Assembly: GCA_965372795.1 (NCBI GenBank)
Contig: CBDVDR010000025.1
Coordinates: 1-37,709 of the forward strand
Length of the DNA: 37,709 nucleotides
DNA from: an uncultured bacterium
Lineage (GTDB): Bacteria; Zixibacteria; MSB-5A5; GN15; FEB-12
Direction: 5' to 3'
The position numbers and the translations under genes were made by a program. Below, in pieces: positions 9,755 to 19,707 of this stretch (positions within the stretch are counted from its first letter, which is position 1; every line of letters begins with the position of its first letter). The notes under the pieces were generated by a model that was given only the letters and a program-made list of their open reading frames with translations, was not told where the DNA came from and did not search any database.

Positions 9755-11491
9755 TTACGGGCACGCATCAGGAGCGGAACCATTATTGAACATATATTCT
9801 ACCAGATAGGTAATATCTGAAATTGTGATTATCTCTTCAATATCACCATCGACATTTCCTTCTTCAATACATTCCGGGTCAGAACCATTATCAAACATAT
9901 AGTCGACTAAAAAAGTAAGGTCAGAAATACCGATTTCATCCAGAGGATCATTATTAGTATTACCTCTAATTCCGACACAACAAATAATTTCACATGCATC
10001 ACCAATGCCATCTTCATCGGAATCTAATTGATCGGGATTATAGACTGCGGGACAATTATCAAATTCGTTATCGATACCATCATCATCAATATCAGGATTA
10101 TAAAGAAGTAATTGCATATCTACTGTCGCAACAGATCCGTTTAATACTGTAATATTTTCAACGGTATCTGAAAAATATCCATCGGCTGAGTAAATTAGAG
10201 AATAAGTCCCGGCATTTATCATCCGGTGATAGTCACCAATATCAGGATCAGTATAAACTTCTGAACTGTCTTCATCATGCCCAATTACAGAAATAACAGC
10301 GTCCAATGGCAAGCCCGTTTCAAAATCAGTGACCAGACCTTTGATTCCAAATCTTGCTTGATTCAAATACTCTATCATCGCCTGTTTATTGTAATCCCAA
10401 TGAGCCGGCAGACTTGAGGCATCAAGTAATTTTACATTAGAAATCTCGATTGTAATTTCACGGCAACCATGATAATAATTCATATAATCCTGTCGGCCAC
10501 CAGCAATGGAGTACCAATCCCAACCATTTGTAATGCCGTCATTGAAGCCATCTAAATAAGAAGAAGGACTATTGGCATGGGTAGTATCAGCATATTGGCG
10601 ACAAATAATTTGATACCAGTCATCATCAGCATGCCTTCGATAATATGTATCCCAGGGATAATTTATGACCTCTGCCCCGCCATGAAAGTTTGCAGAAATC
10701 ACCAAACTATGAGCCTCGGCAAAATCCATCATAGCAATCGTCTCAGGCTGCCAGACATTTCCATCCGGGTGCGGTCCATCGTCCGGGTCAGGGAAATTTC
10801 GATTCAAATCAACCACATGAGCATTATATCGTCTGGCTCCATAAATTGTGTAATCCCCATCACGGTAAGTTCCGTCAGGATTGGCTAAGGGATTAATCCA
10901 GATTTCCATATTATCAACCATCTCAGTAATTTGAGCATCCGTTCCGTAAGTAGTAAGAATTGAATCAATCAGCCGCAACATTAACACATAACCGGTGGTT
11001 TCATCACCATGCATTGAGCTGGTATACATGACTTCCGGTTCATTTTCTTCGATATCGACATTATCAGAAATTTTGATAAAAAGCAGCGGTCTTCCATAAA
11101 CAGAATAACCAATCGTATCAAGCTGACAAAGGGTCGGATAGTTATTAGCAAACTGTTCCATCATGGCAACATAATCAGTGAAGGTCGGATAACTATCCCA
11201 GGTTCCACTAATTGTTTTTTCAGTAGACATTTTTGGAATAATTAAAGTACCCGGATGTGGGAGAATTTCGATAATATACTTTGAGTCCCGAAAATTTTCT
11301 AACTGGGTATCGGAGGCATACGCAAAAACAGTATCCCCTTTGACATTATCAATTGAGATTAAGCGGGTGATCTGGTTGAGTTCTAACCGGTCACTTATAT
11401 TGAATTTAAAATAAGTTTCCCCGGCGGATAATTCTTGATTAAATCCAGCGAACAGAAAGATTGTTAATACAGCTAAAAATAATTTAGGCAT
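9755..11491 (-). CDS. Secreted M14 zinc carboxypeptidase with regulatory-like beta domain, TSP type-3 repeat and C-terminal dockerin-like module
   Basis: Signal peptide; HGDE, DLNRNF, NFHGG and GGRQDY...ITIE motifs; DDDGIDNEFDNCP..YNPDQLDSDEDGIGDAC; CCVGIRGN...ISDLTFLVDYMF duplicated module. Confidence 0.92.
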   Translation of the reverse strand: MPKLFLAVLTIFLFAGFNQELSAGETYFKFNISDRLELNQITRLISIDNVKGDTVFAYASDTQLENFRDSKYIIEILPHPGTLIIPKMSTEKTISGTWDSYPTFTDYVAMMEQFANNYPTLCQLDTIGYSVYGRPLLFIKISDNVDIEENEPEVMYTSSMHGDETTGYVLMLRLIDSILTTYGTDAQITEMVDNMEIWINPLANPDGTYRDGDYTIYGARRYNAHVVDLNRNFPDPDDGPHPDGNVWQPETIAMMDFAEAHSLVISANFHGGAEVINYPWDTYYRRHADDDWYQIICRQYADTTHANSPSSYLDGFNDGITNGWDWYSIAGGRQDYMNYYHGCREITIEISNVKLLDASSLPAHWDYNKQAMIEYLNQARFGIKGLVTDFETGLPLDAVISVIGHDEDSSEVYTDPDIGDYHRMINAGTYSLIYSADGYFSDTVENITVLNGSVATVDMQLLLYNPDIDDDGIDNEFDNCPAVYNPDQLDSDEDGIGDACEIICCVGIRGNTNNDPLDEIGISDLTFLVDYMFDNGSDPECIEEGNVDGDIEEIITISDITYLVEYMFNNGSAPDACP

Positions 11492-11673
11492 AAAAAAGTA
11501 AAATTCCAGTAGTCAGTAGTATTATATCTATATATAGCAAATCTTTCAAATTTATCAATACTAAATCCTCTTAGATAATTTTTATATAATTTTCAACTTG
11601 ATAAGTTATTCTCAGAGTGTACTTTGTAGTATCACTATTAGTGGAAATTGTTAAATTTATTGAAAAATAATAT

Positions 11674-12576
11674 ATGTCTAAAATTGTAAATCAAAACTCC
11701 AGCGAAATAAAATCGGGCTTCAAAGTCACTATAATTGGAATGATTGTTAACATCATTTTGGTTGTCTTCAAATTATGGGTTGGAATCGTTGGGCGAAGTC
11801 AAGCCCTCGTAGCTGATGGTGTCCATTCACTTTCTGATCTTTTCAGTGATGTGGTAGTTTTGTTTGGCATCAAATGGGGACGCAAAGGACCCGACGAAGA
11901 TCATCCCTTTGGACATAGAAGAATCGAAACCGTTGCCGGAATGGTGATCGGAATAATCCTGATTGCCGTAGGCATCGGCATCGTATATAATGCTTTCCAT
12001 TCGCTGAGTGCTCATGATGGCTCGGTGCCTTCAATAATGGTGTTAGTGGTTGCTGGAATAAGTATTGTTCTAAAAGAGCTAACTTATTGGATCACAATTT
12101 CTGTTGGCAAAAAAATTAATAGTCTGGTTGTCATCGGTAATGCCTGGCACCATAGATCAGATGCATTAAGTTCTTTTGCAGTATTATTAGGAGCCGGAGC
12201 CGTTTATGTAAATCCAAAGTGGTATTTGGCTGATTCTTTGGCGGCTATCATTGTTTCAGTTTTCATTATGAAAGTTGGCGTTGAACTTATTTGGAACGCC
12301 TTAAAAGAGGTTGTTGACACAGCTCCTGACAAAACAGTTTTAGAACTGCTTGAAACTCGAGCCGAAAACGTAGAAGGTGTTAGACAGGCTCATGATATAT
12401 TTGCTCGTTATTCCGGTTCAAAAATAATAGTCGAGATTCATATTGTAGTCGATCCGGATTTAACCGTCAGAGAAGGTCATAAAATTGCAAAAAAGGTCGA
12501 GCTTGGATTACTTGAAGATATTGAGGGAGTAATCAAAGTAATCGTTCATGTCGATCCGGAGATTAAAAAAAAATAG
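11674..12576 (+). CDS. Cation diffusion facilitator transporter (FieF/MamM-like)
   Basis: SQALVADGVHSLSD, HPFGHRRIE, HHRSD, C-terminal VHVDP. Confidence 0.93.
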   Translation: MSKIVNQNSSEIKSGFKVTIIGMIVNIILVVFKLWVGIVGRSQALVADGVHSLSDLFSDVVVLFGIKWGRKGPDEDHPFGHRRIETVAGMVIGIILIAVGIGIVYNAFHSLSAHDGSVPSIMVLVVAGISIVLKELTYWITISVGKKINSLVVIGNAWHHRSDALSSFAVLLGAGAVYVNPKWYLADSLAAIIVSVFIMKVGVELIWNALKEVVDTAPDKTVLELLETRAENVEGVRQAHDIFARYSGSKIIVEIHIVVDPDLTVREGHKIAKKVELGLLEDIEGVIKVIVHVDPEIKKK

Positions 12577-12591
12577 CAGTTTAGGAGGAAT

Positions 12592-12993
12592 ATGATAACG
12601 CTTGAAGAGTTTAAGAAAAACAGTGATAAATTTATTATATATAAAAATGATGAGGTCATCTATAAATCAAACGAGGCTGACTTAATTCCTCTGCTGAAGT
12701 TTATCAAATCGGACTTATCAAAAGAATCAAATTTAATAATTTTCGATCTATATATCGGCCGAGCGGCGGCTTTATTAATGTCACGGATAAAACCGGAATT
12801 TGTTTATACGCCAATGATCAGCAAAGGCGGAGTTGCAGCGTTAGTCGAATACGAAATTGATTTTGAAACAATCGAGATGGTTGATTATTTAATGGGGAAA
12901 GCTTCAGTCGGGATGTGCCGCTGGGAGAAACTATCACTTGGAAAACAACCTGAAGAATTTTTAGAATTGGTTAAACAGGAATTAAAAATCTGA
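12592..12993 (+). CDS. DUF1893 (TM1506-like) protein
   Basis: AGGAGG RBS; D-x-x-IGRAAALL, TPMISK and MCRWEKL motifs. Confidence 0.75.
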   Translation: MITLEEFKKNSDKFIIYKNDEVIYKSNEADLIPLLKFIKSDLSKESNLIIFDLYIGRAAALLMSRIKPEFVYTPMISKGGVAALVEYEIDFETIEMVDYLMGKASVGMCRWEKLSLGKQPEEFLELVKQELKI

Positions 12994-14328
12994 TTACAGA
13001 TCCATTCGAGCATAATAATCCTTTAACGCCTCAACAACTTTTCCTGAAAGAAGCAAAGTGCCGGTAAGCGTTGGCACTACCATTAAAGCAAACATCGTAT
13101 CGATAATATTAATGACGGTATCCTGTCCGAGCCACGCCGCTACCGGGAGGCTTAATAAATATACATATATATACTTTGAACCGATTTTCTCACCGAACAA
13201 ATACTTGGCACATTTCAAACTATAATACGAATACGATATCATGGTGCTGATGGAAAAAAGTACAATGACAGTTGTCATAACAACTGTACCGCTTATGCCC
13301 AGCGATTGCTTGTAGGCATTAACAGTCATCACTACCCCATCGGTCTCACTTGGCACCGCAGATACTAAAATAACTAAGGCTGTCATAGTGCAAACGATAT
13401 GAGTATCAATAAACGGACCGATCATGGCAATCAAACCCTCACGCACTGGCTCTTTAGTTTTGGCGGCACCATGTGCCATCGGAGCGGTTCCGATTCCGGC
13501 TTCGTTCGAAAAGGCGGCTCGTTTCACACCGGTTATCATAACCTCTTTAAAAGCTAATCCGGCAACTCCGCCTACTAAGGCTTCACCGCCAAAGGCTGAG
13601 TTAAAGATTGAAACAAAAATCCCAGGGATAGCCTGAGCGTGCATCAGTATAACAATCAATCCGGAAATAATATAAAGGACTGTCATTGCAGGTACAATTT
13701 TGGAAGTCACCAGACCGACTCTTGTGATTCCGCCAAGAATTACGATTCCTACTAAGAACATGCAGACAACACCGGTTAAAGCTCGATCAAATCCATAGTC
13801 AGCGTAAAGAAGTCCTGATAATTGATTTACCTGAAACAAAGCCAGGCAACCAATCATGCCACAGACAGCAAAAATTATTGCCAGAGGTTTTGCCCATTTC
13901 CCTAATCCGACCTCAATAAAATACATCGGACCGCCCTGTTCGATGCCGTTTTCATCCTTTTTGCGATACAGGACTGACAAAGTGCAGGTAAAAAACTTGG
14001 TCGCCATGCCAACTAAACCGGCAACCCACATCCAGAAAATTGCTCCCGGTCCACCTAAGGTTATAGCAACCGCAACTCCGGCAATATTCCCCATCCCAAG
14101 AGTCGCCGATAATGCCGACGAGAGTGCCTGAAAATGACTGATCTCCCCCGGATCATTGGGGTCATCGTATTTTCCGCGAAGAATGTCGATAGCATGTTTC
14201 ATCGCCCGAAATGGCAGAAATTTGCATGCAAAAGTAAAATATATTCCTGAAAATATTAATAAATAAACCAGAGGCTGACCCCAGGCATAATCAACTGCAG
14301 TAGCCCAGAAGTTGTTAAATGATTCCAA
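12994..14328 (-). CDS. Alanine/glycine:cation symporter (AGCS family)
   Basis: GMGNIAGVA, GGPGAIFWMW, GGPMYFI, FSNEAGIGTAP, FIDT..VCTMTA. Confidence 0.95.
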   Translation of the reverse strand: MESFNNFWATAVDYAWGQPLVYLLIFSGIYFTFACKFLPFRAMKHAIDILRGKYDDPNDPGEISHFQALSSALSATLGMGNIAGVAVAITLGGPGAIFWMWVAGLVGMATKFFTCTLSVLYRKKDENGIEQGGPMYFIEVGLGKWAKPLAIIFAVCGMIGCLALFQVNQLSGLLYADYGFDRALTGVVCMFLVGIVILGGITRVGLVTSKIVPAMTVLYIISGLIVILMHAQAIPGIFVSIFNSAFGGEALVGGVAGLAFKEVMITGVKRAAFSNEAGIGTAPMAHGAAKTKEPVREGLIAMIGPFIDTHIVCTMTALVILVSAVPSETDGVVMTVNAYKQSLGISGTVVMTTVIVLFSISTMISYSYYSLKCAKYLFGEKIGSKYIYVYLLSLPVAAWLGQDTVINIIDTMFALMVVPTLTGTLLLSGKVVEALKDYYARMDL

Positions 14329-14524
14329 ATTATTACTCCGCGGTAATGTTTGTCAATGTTGATTAACTTATATGTCAATAAACCGAGCTTAAACTTTAAT
14401 CGCAAGTAATATTCACAATCAGAAATCCATCAAAATAGAGGACGATTCTTGTGCAGGAATGATAATTGCCATATATTCAGATTCTAATTTTTGAAATAAT
14501 AATATTAAAATAATGGAGATGAAA

Positions 14525-15379
14525 ATGGAAATCAAAAAAATTGGAATTTGCGGATTCGGACAAATGGGCGCCGGCATAGCTGAAATTTCTGCCAAAGCGG
14601 GTGTACAAGTTGTCGCTTTTGAAACTGAAGAAAAGTTTTTCGAAAGAGGAACAAAAAGAATTGAAAAATCACTCGACCGCGCCATTGAAAAAGAAAAACT
14701 TGATGAAGCAGGGAAAAAATCCATCCTCGCAAATATCAGTAAAACAACCAACCTGAATGATCTTGCCGATTGCCAATTGGTAATTGAAGCAATTACAGAA
14801 AATGTAGAGATCAAAGTTGACCTATATAAAAAGCTTGATGAAATCGTAAACAAAGATGCTATTTTCGCATCCAACACTTCTTCCCTGTCAATAACTGAGA
14901 TGGCTGCTATGACATCCCGCCCTGACAAATTCTGCGGACTTCATTTCTTCAATCCGGTTCCGGTCATGAAATTAGTGGAAGTTGTTAAAACAATTCTAAC
15001 CTCGGATGAAAGTTTTGAGATTGCCAAAGCCTATGGTGAAAAAGTCGGCAAAGTTGTTGTCTCCTGTAAAGATACTCCCGGCTTTGTTGTAAATCGCCTG
15101 CTTGTACCATATTTACTTGATGCAATTAGAGCTTTGGAAGCGGGCATTGCCACAAAAGAAGATATTGATAACGGTATGAAACTCGGCTGTGGACATCCTA
15201 TGGGACCGCTGGAACTAACCGATTTTATCGGACTTGACACTATTTACTTTATCGGGGAGATTTTGTTTGATGAGTTTAAAAACCATCATTATGCCTCACC
15301 GCCGCTGCTTAAAGCGATGGTAAAAGCCGGTCAGCTGGGTAGAAAAAGCGGCCGGGGCTTCTACGATTATTCTAAATAA
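14525..15379 (+). CDS. hbd: 3-hydroxybutyryl-CoA dehydrogenase
   Basis: GFGQMGAGIA Rossmann motif, VIEAITEN, SNTSSL, GLHFFNP, GFVVNR, HPMGP, LGRKSGRGFYDY. The start at 14525 fits the GGAG spacing. Confidence 0.9.
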   Translation: MEIKKIGICGFGQMGAGIAEISAKAGVQVVAFETEEKFFERGTKRIEKSLDRAIEKEKLDEAGKKSILANISKTTNLNDLADCQLVIEAITENVEIKVDLYKKLDEIVNKDAIFASNTSSLSITEMAAMTSRPDKFCGLHFFNPVPVMKLVEVVKTILTSDESFEIAKAYGEKVGKVVVSCKDTPGFVVNRLLVPYLLDAIRALEAGIATKEDIDNGMKLGCGHPMGPLELTDFIGLDTIYFIGEILFDEFKNHHYASPPLLKAMVKAGQLGRKSGRGFYDYSK

Positions 15380-15468
15380 AATATTTTTTACTATAATAGT
15401 ATTAATACTACATTTATAAAAATATGGACTCTGTTGACCAAAAAAAGATCAATAATTAAAAATAATTA

Positions 15469-15497
15469 TTGACATACTTTTTAAAATTAGTTAAGTT
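15469..15497 (+). promoter_or_regulatory. Putative sigma70 promoter for the ABC exporter leader
   Basis: TTGACA (15469-15474), 17-nt spacer, TAAGTT (15492-15497). Confidence 0.5.
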
Positions 15498-15576
15498 TTT
15501 TGAAACATGGAACGATAATATTCCGTAAGTAATTTTTATGAACTTTAACCGCTGAAACATTAGGAGAGTTTTTTTG

Positions 15577-15651
15577 ATGAACATGAATCAAATGACACAA
15601 CTGTCTCCAGTAGGAATCACAAGCAGCGGGAGAGGTCTATTAATGACTTAA
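15577..15651 (+). CDS. Putative 24-aa attenuator leader peptide MNMNQMTQLSPVGITSSGRGLLMT
   Basis: AGGAG at 15562-15566, ATG 15577, TAA 15649-15651; directly followed by a terminator upstream of the ABC genes. Confidence 0.6.
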   Translation: MNMNQMTQLSPVGITSSGRGLLMT

Positions 15652-15673
15652 CGGTTTTAATATACCAAATTTC

Positions 15674-15711
15674 AAACCCGTTGCACCAAGTTGGTTCATC
15701 GGGTTTTTTTT
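15674..15711 (+). terminator. Attenuator-type terminator in the 5' leader of the ABC exporter operon
   Basis: AAACCCG-t-TG-c-ACCA-agt-TGGT-t-CA-t-CGGGTTT, with the T run extending to 15711; about 50 nt before ATG 15763 and about 300 nt after hbd. Confidence 0.75.
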
Positions 15712-15762
15712 ATGCCTGCTGAGCCTGCAACCGGATAATGTATTTCAAGAAGGATTAGGAAA

Positions 15763-17559
15763 ATGGCGAGCGAATTTTACGAAAACGAAAAAATCAGCGC
15801 TGAAGAACAGAATATCAGCAGCAAACAGGCATTTTTAAGGCTATTGCCTTATTTAAAAGAACAATCAGGGAAACTTACTCTGGCATTGGTTCTCTTAGCA
15901 GGAGCAACCGGATTATCATTAGTCTGGCCGATCTTGTTAAAAGATGCTATTGACGGACCACTCAAAGATCGTAATCTGGACGGCTTATTGTACTTAGCCG
16001 GTTTGATTGCACTTATCCAGTTAGTTACGATTATCATCCAGTATTTCATGCGGATAAAGCTGGAAATCATCGGACAGGATATTATGATCAAACTCAAGCA
16101 AAAACTATTTGATCATATTCTTTCGCTCGATATTTCCTTCTTCGATAAAAATCCGGTTGGCAGGCTGATGGCAAGAGTTGAATCCGACACCGAATCTCTT
16201 CGGCTGTTATTTACAAATACGGTCGTTCTAATTGTAGCAGACCTATTGCTGCTTGTTGGAATTTATGGAGTTCTTTTTTATTATAACTGGAAGATGGCAT
16301 TGGTGCTTTTATTGAGTATCCCAATTATCGGAATCCTTGTTACGATCTTCCATAAGAAAACAACTCATCGTTTTCTTGAAGTTCGGAAAAGGATGGCGGA
16401 AGTTACAGCAACTCTGGCTGAATTTTTGCACAGTATGTCGATTGTACAAATTTTTCATCGCGGTGAATATGCAAGAAAAAGAGTCTATCGGGTTAATGAA
16501 GCAAAATTTTCAGAGGATGCTTATGTAAACATTGCCGTCTGTTTGTTTTTTAACACTGTGTTCTTTTTTGAGTATGTGAAAATCGGGCTGGTATTGATTT
16601 TAGGATCAGTATTCGAATTGTCATTTGGCGGTATGATAATGTTTTTGCTATATATCTGGCGTTCCTTTGAGCCGATATTCCGCACCTCAGAACAGCTTTC
16701 GAATTTTCAAAAAGCGGTTGCAGGAGCAAAAAGAATCTTCGCTCTGCTTTCACAAAATTCAATACTGCTCGACCCGGCTCATCCTGCTAAATGGGATGGG
16801 TTGACTAAAGAGATCAGATTTGAAAACGTCTGGTTCTCATACACCGATGATGAAAACTACGTTTTAAAAGATGTAAGTTTTGTTCTTCCGGTTGGAAAAA
16901 GCGTTGCGATTGCCGGTGTTACCGGTGGTGGAAAGACGACCGTGATTTCTCTTTTACTGAGGTTGTATGACCCGCAAAAAGGTAAAATTACCGTTGATGG
17001 AATTGATCTGCGCGATATTCCCAAAAGTGAACTGCGTAAAAGATTTGCACTGGTTTTACAGGATATCATTCTTTTCCCGGGTAATATTGCCTCGAATATC
17101 GGACTTGAAGCAGAGAATGTTACTCAGGAAAAAATTATTGAGGCTGCCCGTACAGTGGAAGCTGATAAATTCATAAAGGAACTTCCGGATGAATTCCAAA
17201 CAGCCGTCAGCGAAAAAGGCTCAAACTTCAGTCGCGGTGAACGGCAATTGCTTTCGTTTGCAAGAGCGCTGGCAGTCGATCCTGAAGTGCTGATTCTTGA
17301 TGAGGCTACAAGTTCGGTTGATCCTGAAACAGAACGAACGATTCAATCATCGTTGAAAAAACTTCTCAAAGGAAGAACTTCATTGATAATTGCCCATCGA
17401 CTGGCAACAATCCTTGAGGCCGATCAGATTCTGGTTATTCGCCGGGGAGAAATAATTGAACGAGGAACTCATACGGAGTTGATTTTGCAAGATGGATATT
17501 ATTCAAGATTGTTCCACTTGCAGTTTAAACATAGAAATGGAGCAGCAGCTAATGCTTGA
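15763..17559 (+). CDS. ABC exporter, fused permease/ATPase (degenerate-site half of heterodimer)
   Basis: TMD plus Walker A GVTGGGKT, degenerate signature FSRGE, ILDEATS, AHRL. Confidence 0.93.
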   Translation: MASEFYENEKISAEEQNISSKQAFLRLLPYLKEQSGKLTLALVLLAGATGLSLVWPILLKDAIDGPLKDRNLDGLLYLAGLIALIQLVTIIIQYFMRIKLEIIGQDIMIKLKQKLFDHILSLDISFFDKNPVGRLMARVESDTESLRLLFTNTVVLIVADLLLLVGIYGVLFYYNWKMALVLLLSIPIIGILVTIFHKKTTHRFLEVRKRMAEVTATLAEFLHSMSIVQIFHRGEYARKRVYRVNEAKFSEDAYVNIAVCLFFNTVFFFEYVKIGLVLILGSVFELSFGGMIMFLLYIWRSFEPIFRTSEQLSNFQKAVAGAKRIFALLSQNSILLDPAHPAKWDGLTKEIRFENVWFSYTDDENYVLKDVSFVLPVGKSVAIAGVTGGGKTTVISLLLRLYDPQKGKITVDGIDLRDIPKSELRKRFALVLQDIILFPGNIASNIGLEAENVTQEKIIEAARTVEADKFIKELPDEFQTAVSEKGSNFSRGERQLLSFARALAVDPEVLILDEATSSVDPETERTIQSSLKKLLKGRTSLIIAHRLATILEADQILVIRRGEIIERGTHTELILQDGYYSRLFHLQFKHRNGAAANA

Positions 17560-19348
17560 TAAAATAAAATGGTTTTGGAAATATTACAGGAGGCATCTTT
17601 ATGTTTTGATGGTGCTTCTCTTACTCACTCCTATACAAGCGGTCTTTCAGGTGGCAATACCAAAAATGTTTGGCTTTACAGTTGATTATATGCAAACCGA
17701 ACAAGTTCCGTCTGACTGGCTGGCAAATTTAGCCAATGATCTTGGGGGGAAATTCAACCTTTCCCCTACCGAATCGTTTGGATGGGGCTTTATCGTTCTG
17801 GGTTTGATTGCAACGATATTGTATACTATTGTACAGTCTCATCGTGCCTGGATGAATTGCCGGATGGAAATGTTATTCCGTCAGGATACTTTTTCTGACA
17901 CGACTTTCAAAGGACCTGATTTTTTTAACAAATTCCGCACCGGCGATCTTGTGACAAGGTTGACTGATGATGTTGCTGAAAAATTGTCCTGGTTTGCCTG
18001 TTCGGGAATTTTCCGTCTCTATGAAGCACTTTTAAATATTGCTTTTATATTGGTAATGATGATTACGATTGATCCGGTATTAACCTTATGGACGGCAGGA
18101 CCGCTTCCACTTTTAATTGTTATTTTCTTTTTAACAGCTTCGACTTTGGATAAACGGTACGCCCATCTTCAGTCGAGAATATCGAATTTTAATGACATAA
18201 TGGAAGCCTGCTATTCCGGGATTCGGGTTGTTATGGCTTATGTCCGGGAAGATTTCCAGAAAGATAAATTCCGTGAGGCTGCCGAAGATCGCCGAGCGGC
18301 AGAGATTTCTGCGGTGCGAATCACTACAATTGTTGATTCGCTCTATATGTATATCTGGCAGTTCGGACTTGTCATTGTTTTGATTGCCGGCGGATATATG
18401 GTTATAAAATCGAATTTGTCCTATGGTAATATGGCGGTGTTCATTTATTATGTTGTCTGGCTGGTTTTCCCGATGTTTGACATTGGGCAGTTTCTGGTTA
18501 AATCACGGCAGTCAATTGTATCGATCAACCGGCTCATGGAAATTGCAAATGTCCCTGACATGGTTTCCGATGAAGGCAAGATCCCTGCCAATAGGAATAT
18601 CCACGGCGGACTTAGTTTTGAAAATGTTGTGTTCTCATTCCCTGAGTCTGATCGTAAAATTGTCGATGGGATTTCTTTTGATATAAAACCGGGGCAAACG
18701 GTTGCTCTGGTGGGACGAGTTGGTTCCGGGAAAACCTGGCTGATAAACATGATTCCGCGTTTGATAAATCCGACCGGAGGATCAATCAAACTTGACGGAC
18801 ATGATTTGCACAAATTCAAACTTGAAGATTTACGCAAGAACATCGGGTATGTTCCACAGGAACCGATTCTGTTTAGTGATACGGTTCGGAACAATATTAT
18901 TTTCGGACGGGAAGAAATTTCGGAATCAGTTCTTGAATGGGCGGTTGATGTGGCTCAGTTAAAAAATGAGATCGCAAATTTTCCAAAAGGTCTCGATACC
19001 GAAATCGGTACCCGCGGGATGTCGATCTCCGGCGGACAGAAACAGAGGTTAGCTTTAGCAAGAGCCTTAGTTGGCAAACCGAAACTTTTGATTTTGGATG
19101 ATTGCACCTCGGCGTTGGATTCGCGAACCGAGTCGACTTTGTGGGAAAGACTCCATGAAGTGCTTCCGGATATGACCGCTATTTTGATCACTCATCGTCC
19201 GGATACTCTGGAGAGAGCTGATAATATTTATGTTCTTGAGAATGGTAAAATTACAGAATCCGGCCGTCATCATGAACTGATGTCGAAGCCTTCAAAGTAT
19301 GCTTCGATTTATAAACGCTTCCAACTTGAAGAAGCGGTTAATAAATAA
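17552..19348 (+). CDS. ABC exporter, fused permease/ATPase (second half of heterodimer)
   Basis: Overlaps the upstream stop; GRVGSGKT, ISGGQKQR, ILDD (Asp replacing the catalytic Glu), THR. This is the MdlAB/BmrCD-type asymmetric pattern. Confidence 0.92.
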   Translation: MLDKIKWFWKYYRRHLYVLMVLLLLTPIQAVFQVAIPKMFGFTVDYMQTEQVPSDWLANLANDLGGKFNLSPTESFGWGFIVLGLIATILYTIVQSHRAWMNCRMEMLFRQDTFSDTTFKGPDFFNKFRTGDLVTRLTDDVAEKLSWFACSGIFRLYEALLNIAFILVMMITIDPVLTLWTAGPLPLLIVIFFLTASTLDKRYAHLQSRISNFNDIMEACYSGIRVVMAYVREDFQKDKFREAAEDRRAAEISAVRITTIVDSLYMYIWQFGLVIVLIAGGYMVIKSNLSYGNMAVFIYYVVWLVFPMFDIGQFLVKSRQSIVSINRLMEIANVPDMVSDEGKIPANRNIHGGLSFENVVFSFPESDRKIVDGISFDIKPGQTVALVGRVGSGKTWLINMIPRLINPTGGSIKLDGHDLHKFKLEDLRKNIGYVPQEPILFSDTVRNNIIFGREEISESVLEWAVDVAQLKNEIANFPKGLDTEIGTRGMSISGGQKQRLALARALVGKPKLLILDDCTSALDSRTESTLWERLHEVLPDMTAILITHRPDTLERADNIYVLENGKITESGRHHELMSKPSKYASIYKRFQLEEAVNK

Positions 19349-19404
19349 TTGAGTGACTATGTCACTTTTATTGATGCTGTCAGTTTGATCCTGGCAGCAT
19401 TTTA

Positions 19405-19707
19405 TTAACAACAGCTCTGGTTGTTCTCATCATCACAACCACAGGTTGGTTCGGTACCACGAATCATACCCTGAATAATTCCAGAAGCGCACCCAACCCC
19501 CGATTGAACCGTCAAGGCTTCAACCGCACAATTCAAAGCACACGCTCCGCATTCCATACAGGCATCCCGTTTGACAATTACCGCCTTATGATCCTGCATC
19601 TTGAAAACTTCATGCGGACAAACAATAACGCAAATCGTGCACCCGTTGCATTTATTAGGGTCAAGTTCAAGTGTTACAACATCCGGTAAATATGATAATT
19701 CTAACAT
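19405..19707 (-). CDS. hgcB: Mercury methylation ferredoxin HgcB
   Basis: Two CxxCxxCxxxC motifs including CMECGAC; GVGCASG; Cys-rich tail CGC...SCC; 1-nt overlap with the hgcA stop. Confidence 0.95.
   Translation of the reverse strand: MLELSYLPDVVTLELDPNKCNGCTICVIVCPHEVFKMQDHKAVIVKRDACMECGACALNCAVEALTVQSGVGCASGIIQGMIRGTEPTCGCDDENNQSCC

Noticed and set aside
14419..14928. Antisense and alternative-frame ORFs (e.g. 14419-14928, 8628-9107, 18448-18894, 36280-36831)
   Set aside because: They shadow well-supported genes and have no recognisable motifs.
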